From Glaucostegus cemiculus (taxonomy: Eukaryota), in contig CDPCPM010000091.1 of the NCBI GenBank assembly GCA_976551045.1, positions 10,602,001 through 10,666,000 on the forward strand: 64,000 bases of DNA, read 5' to 3'. The translations under genes and the position numbers were made by a program. Shown here piece by piece: positions 56,066 to 64,000 of this stretch. Positions within the stretch are counted from its first letter, which is position 1; every line of letters starts with the position of its first letter. The notes under the pieces were generated by a model. It made no database searches, had not been told where the DNA came from, and worked only from the letters and a program-made list of their open reading frames with translations.

Positions 56066-56214
56066 CCTATTGTGCTTCCACTCTCTTACTCTGGTTGGGG
56101 TGAACCATGTAAACAAGATGCTTTCAACCAGATAGTTGTTTACAGTAAACTCTGAGAAGGAGGCCTGTGAGGAAGACCAAGACTGGAGCTTCAGACCTGT
56201 TCTATGTATTTATC

Positions 56215-56751
56215 CTAGAGTCATAGAACAGAGAAAAACTACAGCACAATTCAGGCCCTTCGGCCCACAAAGCTGTGCCAAACATGTCCCTACACTAGAA
56301 ATTACTGGGCATTCCCATAGCCCTCTATTTTACTTAGCTTCATGTACCTATCTAACAGCCACTTGAAAGACCCTATCGTATCCACCTCCACCACTGCTTC
56401 TGGCAGCCCATTCCACGCACTCACCACTCTCTGAGTAAAAAACTTACCCCTGACATCTCCTCTATATCTACTCCCCAGCACCTTAAACCTATGTCCTCTT
56501 GTGGCCACCATTTCAGCCCTGGGGAAAAGCCTCTGACCATCTACCCGATCAATACCTCTCATCATCTTATATACCTCTATCAGGTCCCCCTTCATCCTCC
56601 TTCTCTCCAAGGAGAAAAGGTCGAGTTCCCGCAACCTGCTCTCATAAAGCATGGTCCGCATTCCAGGCAGCATCCTCGTAAACCTCCTCTGCACCCTCTC
56701 TATGGCTTCCACATCTTTCCTGTATTAAGGTGACCAGAACTGAACACAATA
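56215..56751 (-). mobile_element. Young 5'-truncated CR1 (HER1-like) LINE 3' end
   Basis: ORF 56302..56712 (AIERVQRRFTRMLPGM...LFSLERRRMKGDLIEVYKMM...FFTQRVVSAWNGLP) is the uninterrupted CR1 ORF2 C-terminus. Confidence 0.93.
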
Positions 56752-57102
56752 CAACATAGAAACAGGCCTTTCAGCCCATCAAGTCTGCACCAGTCATCAA
56801 ACACCCATATCCATTAATCCCATTTTATTCTCTCCACAATCCCATCAATTTCTCCAGATTCTATCACTCACCAACATATCAGGAGCAATTTATGGTTTCC
56901 ATTTAATCTACCAATCTGCATATTTTTGGCATCTAGGGGAAAGCACCCAGGTAAAACCCATAGAGCACCCAGGTAAAACCCAGGCAGTCACAGGAAGAAT
57001 ATCCAAATTCTACACAGATGGTGTCAGAGGTCAGAATCAAACCCAGGCCACTGGAGCTGTGAGGCAGCAGCTTTACTTGCTGCACTACTGTGCTGCACTA
57101 TT
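56752..57102 (-). mobile_element. HE1-like V-SINE with an internal 22-bp duplication
   Basis: Colinear with 575-916; AGCACCCAGGTAAAACCC occurs twice at ~56942-56981. Confidence 0.85.
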
Positions 57103-57260
57103 GTGATCCTGTTTGTTGTCATCTCCTCATTTCCCATTCAATGATCTTCTGCTTTTATTCAGATTTTACTGGCAACATTCAGGAATTAGGGAAATCCGAA
57201 CATGCTGAATTAAGTGCAATAACTGCAATTAAAATCGCTCTTAATGACTAATGAACATAG

Positions 57261-58096
57261 TGTTACGAACCCAGCAACAAAAGAAACACACCAAGTCATA
57301 ATTCAGTGTTAAAACTACTTTATTAATAACTACTTCTGATAATACATAAAATAAGAATAAAAGTTAGTATATTAGTACAAAAAATATGTTAGAATCTTAA
57401 TCTGTAACTCCAAAAACTACTCGTCGTGTGTGTGTGGCAAATTCCTAAACTCCAAGTCCAGGAATTAGTTCTTAAAGTTCAGTTCAGTAAGCCGTAAGAT
57501 GAAACACGAGTAGAGGCTTCTTCACAAGCACCGTCCACCAAAGACAAAACATAGATATAGAGAGAGCTTAGAGAGGAATCACGAAATCTGAAGGTTCCAC
57601 TTAGAACTTTACAGTGTTTACTCAGTAGTGACTTTCTCACCCCGAAAACTCCTGGATCGTGACTGTCCATGCAAATACCTGTGTTCTTCTACAGGTTAAC
57701 AGCAAAGCAAATTCCATCACTTTGTTCCACAGTATCTGCCACTCTGAAAAGCATCCAAAATGTGGTCATCCACGCAAACACCTGTGTCCTTCTACAGGTT
57801 ACCGACACAGTGGACACCACTGGACTACTCCAGAAATCCATCCGTGGATTGTAGTGACAAACACAGTTATGGTCCTCCATCCATTGACAGAAACAAAACA
57901 GGCTGCCGTGCCTCTCTTCTCTCTCTCTCTGTCTGTCTCTTTCTTTCTCTCTCTCTCTTTTTTTCTCGTAATGACCTCATCACATTCGTCTTATCTTCTG
58001 TTGACGTAATACGTTCTTATAAGCGCGCACACACACACACACAAAAAAATGTCCGTCTTAAAGGGACAATTGCCAGTAGTCAGCTACTTCGTAACA
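57261..58096 (-). mobile_element. Solo LTR (836 bp), Gypsy/ERV-type
   Basis: Termini TGTTACGAA...TTCGTAACA (TG..CA, 9-bp inverted repeat), 4-bp direct repeat ATAG on both sides, minus-strand AATAAA at ~57320. Confidence 0.85.
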
Positions 58097-58424
58097 ATAG
58101 TTAAATTAGCAACTGGTCTGTCCCACACGGGGCATTGGGGTCTGAGTGAGGCAGGTTCTGATAACTGCAAAATATATTTGAATTAAATCTGAAATTCATT
58201 CAGGTTTCTGATAGTCACCACTTCACCTGGTGTTCTGCTGGAAAACCGCATGTAGGGTAAAATGCAACACCTTTTAAAAAACATTTGAATGACTCACCCA
58301 TATCTTTCCTTCTCCTGTTTTTAGATGACACCAAAGTATACAAATGTATGATTTTCCCCTCTTTTTCTAGACTATTGCATACCTTTTACAGACAGAAAAT
58401 GGAAAATCAGATTACATTGAAGGA

Positions 58425-58923
58425 AAGAACTTCCATTTATATAATGCTTCTGACATTGTCAAGGTACCCCCAAAACACTCAAAGTCAGTGAATTACTTTA
58501 TAAAGTGCGGTCACTCTTGTTTTACAGGGAAGTGCAGCGGCAACTTCACACACATAAAGTCAATATGACAAAATGAAATGGTTTGGTGCTGCAAGTTAAG
58601 GGATGGATATTGGCCCGGGCACAAGGAGAACTCCCTGCTCTTCTTCAAACAATTGCTGGTGAGTTCCTTCATAACTAATGTTACTACATGGTACTACTTG
58701 GAAGAGTGGCTCGTCAGGTTAATCAGCAACCAGTATAACTGGATAGGCTGAATGAGCTTCAGTATAAACTCTCAGTTAAAACAATAGCACCTCCAACAGA
58801 ACATCTCACCCATGGGGTTACACTGAGGGCTTGCGTAAGTCACTGCTAAAGTCACAGAGTGGAGCTTGAGGGCACAATCTTCCAATTCAGTGCAAAGAAC
58901 ACTTCCACTGAACCAAGCTGACA
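58425..58923 (-). mobile_element. Deu-domain SINE
   Basis: GATATTGGCCCGGGCACAAGGAGAACTCCCTGCTCTTCTTCAAA is the reverse-strand Deu core; tRNA-like head near 58860-58923. Confidence 0.75.
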
Positions 58924-59727
58924 TCTAGTGGTCTACTGCAGAAAGGAAGCTGATCTATTCATGTTACTTTGTGTGGGAGAAGTGGCAAATGTGTGACAGG
59001 TGTGTGACATAGCTCTATTGTTTGTTAAGTATAGAGTTCATTTATGAAATCTTGGCTGCACAGTGCCAGCACCATTCTGCTTTCAACACCATTTGTGCCT
59101 GCAGGGCAAATAACTGATTCAAATGGGAGAAAGCTGTATTACAGAATGCAATCCAACAGGCATAATTAAAAGGATTTGGCAACATAGCTCCATAAGGGAA
59201 ATTTTGAGCAAAAAAAAAAATCTAATAATATACTTCTATACGAGACAGTAATTTCAAAGACTGCTGTCAGATTGATGTGGGTGAGGATGACGCTGGCAGG
59301 TGAAAAGAAGTGTGAGGAGGGCCTGATAAAGGAAAAGCCAAAAGCCGACCAATCTCAATGTATGGAGTAATATGTCTGGGTAGGTAACAGTGTGCTATAG
59401 ATCTTGATTGATGTTTCATGAAGTGAAAGTGAGCACAGCATGGTGTAAATGCATCTCCCCCACAAAATGGTGAATGATTATACTTTGCAGAAGGTGGGAA
59501 GCAAGCTGAATATAGACCATTGTATCTGCATGACCTCGAAACTGGCATAGGAGATGACACAATATAAGCGTGCTTATCAGTACCATATAGAAAGTTATGA
59601 GTGCAAGATTACTGCCACAAAAATCTAACCTTCCTATTTGATATGCATGTGCTTTCTTATGCCTAACTCTCATCCAATTTTCTCACCATTTAATTACAGC
59701 TAATGAAAATCAAATTATTTGGGCTCT

Positions 59728-60140
59728 GATTTGGTATTGGTATTGGTTTATTATTGTCACTTGTACCGAGGTACAGTGAAAAGCTTGTCTTACAAACCGA
59801 TCGTACAGGTCAATTCATTACACAGTGCAGTTACATAGTTAGTACAAAGTGCATTGAAGTAGTACAGTAAAATCAGTAACAGTACAGAATAAAGTGTCAC
59901 AGCTACAGAGAAAGTGCAGTGCAAGGTTGCACAAGGTAGAATGTGAGGTCACAGACCATCTCATTGTATAAGGGAACCGTTCAATAGTCTTATCACAGTG
60001 GGGAAGAAGCTGTCTTTAAGTCTGGTGGTGTGTGCCCTGAGGCTCCTGTATCTTCTACCCGATGGAAGAAAAGAGAAGAGAGAGTGGGGTCTTTGATTAT
60101 GCTGGCCGCTCTACCAAGACAACGAGAGGTAAAGACAGAT
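59728..60140 (-). mobile_element. Rex1/Babar 3' fragment
   Basis: TTGGTTTATTATTGTCACTTGTACCGAGGTACAG and downstream sequence are reverse-complement homologous to ~8550-8935. Confidence 0.88.
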
Positions 60141-60420
60141 TTATTACAACAATTACATTTATTTAGCATGTATAACTTGGAAAAATATCACTGGATATTC
60201 AAATACAATGCCAGACACGTTTGCATGTTGTGTCACAGGAGGTATGGGGAGAGACTACCAAAATCTGGTCAAAGTGGTCGGTCTTTGAACTGGAGGGTTG
60301 GATGGAGAAATTTAGGGAAGGGACCTCAGTGCATTAGTCCCATGTGGCCAAAGATGAATTCAAGATGCAGAAAAACATTCCTGAAAGGTCGGGGAGAATG
60401 AAGGAACACTCACTGCTGGA
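60141..60420 (-). mobile_element. Old L2-type LINE 3' end
   Basis: CCAAAATCTGGTCAAAG...GGAGAAATTTAGGGAAGG resembles the reverse L2 3' region; homologous to 62.7-63.0 kb. Confidence 0.55.
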
Positions 60421-61158
60421 GATGCCCTGGCTGCAACTGAGACAAGTAGGAACAGAATTAAGTAAAAGTAGGCAATGGAGGAGGGATGTTGTGGGAGGAT
60501 GATGTGAACAATAATGTCAAAGTCTGCAGAAAGATTGAGGAGGGGTTGTACAATATGAACACAATCGCAGAGCATATGATTCTTAAATTTTTATAAGGAC
60601 GTCTTGGTGTTGCTGTGTGGGTGAAAACTTGATGGAGAAAGTTAAACACAGTTACACTCTAGAGCCTTGTCATAATCTAACACTCACTGGTTTCACATGT
60701 TAAACCATTATAATGCAAAGGTGGACACTTTCCTGTAACCAAAGGCAGACTCTTAGTTAGGTTCAACGTATTTCCTCCTTAATGCCTGAAAATTCTAGCA
60801 TTGGCACTGGTACAATGACGCAGTGAAATTGACCTGTGTAATGCTATTCAATGTGAAAGGAGATGAAAGTACAGACTTATGATTTGTGATCAGGAGATTA
60901 GCGATATTGCATTGTTACCCAGAAATCAGCCACGGGCACAAGATCTGAGGAATGGTATCCATATTTGTAGTTTGCCTGCAGGTGTGCCTGCTGCAGATGA
61001 TAAAGCTCTACAGCTGTTAGCCTTCTGATTCACTGCAACCATAGCCACTTGGCACCAGACTTTGACAGGTAAAGGTGCTAAGGTCTGAAATATATGCTCT
61101 GTTCTCTGGCATCTTTGCATCATTTTAGTTTATTTAAGATAGATTAAAATAAATTTAT

Positions 61159-61317
61159 ATTGGGATTAAAAATACCCCAAAATAAATAGGAAAAAGACAT
61201 ACTGAACTAAATTGGGATTAAAAATACCCCAAAATAAATAGGAAAAAGACATACTGAACTAAATTGGGATTAAAAATACCCCAAAATAAATAGGAAAAAG
61301 ACATACTGAACTAAATT
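61159..61317. repeat. Perfect tandem repeat, 52-bp unit x3
   Basis: ATTGGGATTAAAAATACCCCAAAATAAATAGGAAAAAGACATACTGAACTAA starts at 61159, 61211 and 61263. Confidence 0.97.
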
Positions 61318-62699
61318 CTTCAAAGAGGAATATTGTAATAACATGTCATGAAGACAACGAAAAATTTTTCGCACTTGAAGAATCCTCATGGCCAAGGAAT
61401 TTTTAATACTCCAAACAGAGTCAGCACAAACAAAGGTCATGGGGCTTTGTGCCTTATCTGAGTATTTTTTGCATGTTTGCCACATTCAGCTCATAACATT
61501 GTTACATCATCAATAATTTTGTAGCCTAAGTAGGCAGCAGTAAAACAACTTTTTTGTTGGTTGGTGGGAAGAGTGACATGCGGTTGTACTACAAGGCTCT
61601 GACAGGTACAAATGTAAATGAAAGCATGGCGTTTAAGTGAGTGGTGGCCAATCTTGAGTATACAGTATGACTCCCTTTCATGGGGCTGCCAAAGATCACA
61701 AGGGGTCTGTGATTCCTTAATAATGTTGAACTATGGTTAGGAGTGTTTAGTTACAATATTCACTAAATAATCATTGGATAAGTATATACCTGCCCTGGTT
61801 ATAGGTCTGCTGGCAGTCCTTGGAAATCTGCTGGACAGCTCCAATCTGTTAAAAGGAGTAGCCCATGACATAATTAGGCATTTCAGGGGAGTTACGTATT
61901 TTACCAATTGTGAACAAGTGAGTTTCGAAATGGTTGGGAGCCATTAATATAAGTTACAAATGCACCATTTGCAGCTTTTATCATTTCTGGTTCATCTAAT
62001 CAATTGGATCTCTACTTAACTTCTCATTAGGCAATCACAGATCACTTTTATTGTGACATGAATATCACTGATGACCTTTATTTGAACTTGTAAATAATCA
62101 CTTTGGTAAGAGGGTAATCAGTGGTGGTAACTAAGTGGTTGTTAACAGCAGTTAAAGAAGGAATTATTTTAGTAATCATCTCATGCAAAAGAAATGTGTT
62201 TGTAACAATTACCTAAATGAGCATTTTTAACGACTGCAAATTGGGTACAAAACACATTGATCTACTTTTAGATACATTCCTACAGATGAGACATGTGGAA
62301 GTATTTTAACTTTCAAAATGCATTAGTATTGCAACTTTCTTAAGGAATATGCATATTAGAGAAATCAAGTCTGCAACTATAATGTCTAAATTCCATTAGA
62401 ATATGCGACCCATTGAAATACATTGTTTAAAGGAAAACTATACATGAGACACACTAATTACAGACAGGAAGAATGTAAAAGCCAAGGTTTCTGTCTTCTG
62501 GAGAAGTTAGCACAAGAATGACTGTTGATAAGCATACAGATTTCTTTACCTATTTTTCCACAGAAAGTTACTTATAAACATTGAATTTTTAAAATAAGTC
62601 TGAACCCCAGTTATAAAAAAAACTAAAATAGGAACAAAAAGAAATTGCAGCCAGTGTAATAAAGTATTTCCCTACCTCTGAAACCCTTTCCATTCCTTG

Positions 62700-62986
62700 A
62701 GTCTTTTAAGTTCTCCTGTTTTGGCTTCAGGAGCATCATCTCTTAGCTCTGCCAGTGGCAGCCCTGTCATTTTGCTGTCTCAGTCTCTAAAGTTCCCTTA
62801 TGATGCTGAGCTTCTTCTCTACCTCTTTAAAACATTCCTTGAAATCTGCTATTCTGTCCAAGTTTTGAATCAAGTGTCCCAATATCTCCTTATATGACTC
62901 GGTGTCAAACTGGATTGGACAATGTTCCAGTGAAGTACTGAAGGACATGTTGCAATGTCAATGATAAATGCAAGTTATTGTAGTTG
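62700..62986 (+). mobile_element. Old L2-type LINE 3' end
   Basis: AATATCTCCTTATATGACTCGGTGTCAAA...ATAAATGCAAGTTATTGTAGTTG terminus. Confidence 0.6.
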
Positions 62987-63019
62987 CACCAAAATGTACC
63001 AGCCAGTTGATCCAATGAT

Positions 63020-63290
63020 CAGGATTGAGGCAAATGACTAGGTATTGTCCAGGACAATGAGAGTAAAACCCCTTCCACTTTTTCAAGAAGGCCAATGGAT
63101 TATTTGATCTGATAGGGCACTAAAAGGCCAGAATTAGCATATGATCTGAAAGACAGGACTTCTAACAAAGTAGAACTCCCTTAGATGAGGTTCCAACCTT
63201 TATTTTTGTGTTCACGTCTCTAGAATAGACTAGAAGTCACAATCTTCTGATGTAGAGATGATACTGCAACTACAGATCTATGGTTGACAC
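63020..63290 (-). mobile_element. Decayed Deu-domain SINE 5' half
   Basis: TATTGTCCAGGACA...TCTGAAAGACAGGACTTCTAACA, colinear with 58600-58920. Confidence 0.55.
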
Positions 63291-64000
63291 CATAGGTGGT
63301 TAACATGCTAGTGTGCTAACTTTGAAGATAGATCCTCATTGTCTATAAATAATAATATGAATCAGATGATTGCAATTAGCACTCACCTCTGTGTACTCCA
63401 CAGTAAAACTACTGTAGGTCAAGTTACAGAGTACAACTACCCATTACTGTCTGTGCATGTGTCAGTTCAATGTCACGTTAAAGCTGTCATTACAACAGAT
63501 GGCAGAGCACTGCTGCTTTGTGTATGTTGACATGTACAGAGAAAGCAGTTCCTTATGGTAATTACTGGGTGGGTGTCATCTTGGTGGGTGCAGCCAATCA
63601 GGAAAATGCTGACTGTTGATCTCCCTCATGATCAATGTCATTCTGTGCTGTCATACTGAAATTTTAACTGTGATACTCTGGTATATTTCTGAAGAAGGGT
63701 TAATGTAATAGAGTTGTATTAACAAACCTTATTGATACCACATATTAAGCGTCCAGTGTCATAAACATTTGCTCTAGCAAATCATCAATTAATCATTTGT
63801 TTAGTATATTTCATTACTATTTATAGATATGAGTAAAAACACATTTACCTTTATATGTTATATCTTTTCTATGACCTTAGACACTTACCGTCACTTTCCA
63901 ACTTTCTATGTGCATTTGAACTGGATATTCTTTATATCTACCATCCTAGATGCTGGATCAATAGATATATGTGCTGGGTAACTGGCCTCAAATCAGCATT

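Noticed and set aside
61159-61317. CRISPR-like array
   Set aside because: Identical units with no unique spacers, no cas genes, vertebrate context.
61620-61945. hAT-type MITE
   Set aside because: Only vague terminal resemblance; no clear TIR or 8-bp TSD found.

Overview
Vertebrate genomic DNA, most likely an elasmobranch (shark/ray), judged from HE1-like V-SINEs, Deu-domain SINEs and CR1/L2/Rex1 LINEs. The one real gene is the 5' half of EBF3 (COE-family transcription factor) on the minus strand. Coding exons 1-6 lie at 31326-25030, all with GT-AG boundaries, and encode residues 1-184 of the DNA-binding domain including the zinc knuckle. Positions 1-25029 are the start of the large intron 6; I did not find exon 7. 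The promoter lies around 31.8-32.3 kb, inside a CpG-enriched domain (~26.3-40.5 kb) and a ~28 kb stretch with no transposon I can recognise. The flanks are dense in decayed mobile elements, including a solo LTR with intact termini and target-site duplication. I found no convincing previously undescribed biological system. The best leads are regulatory or RNA-structural: uORFs plus a weak first ATG, a 40-bp-stem intronic hairpin, co-oriented CTCF-like motifs, candidate conserved enhancers, and nested TE insertions. Repeat family names and boundaries were assigned by eye from remembered consensus motifs and are approximate. Two assembly gaps are present.
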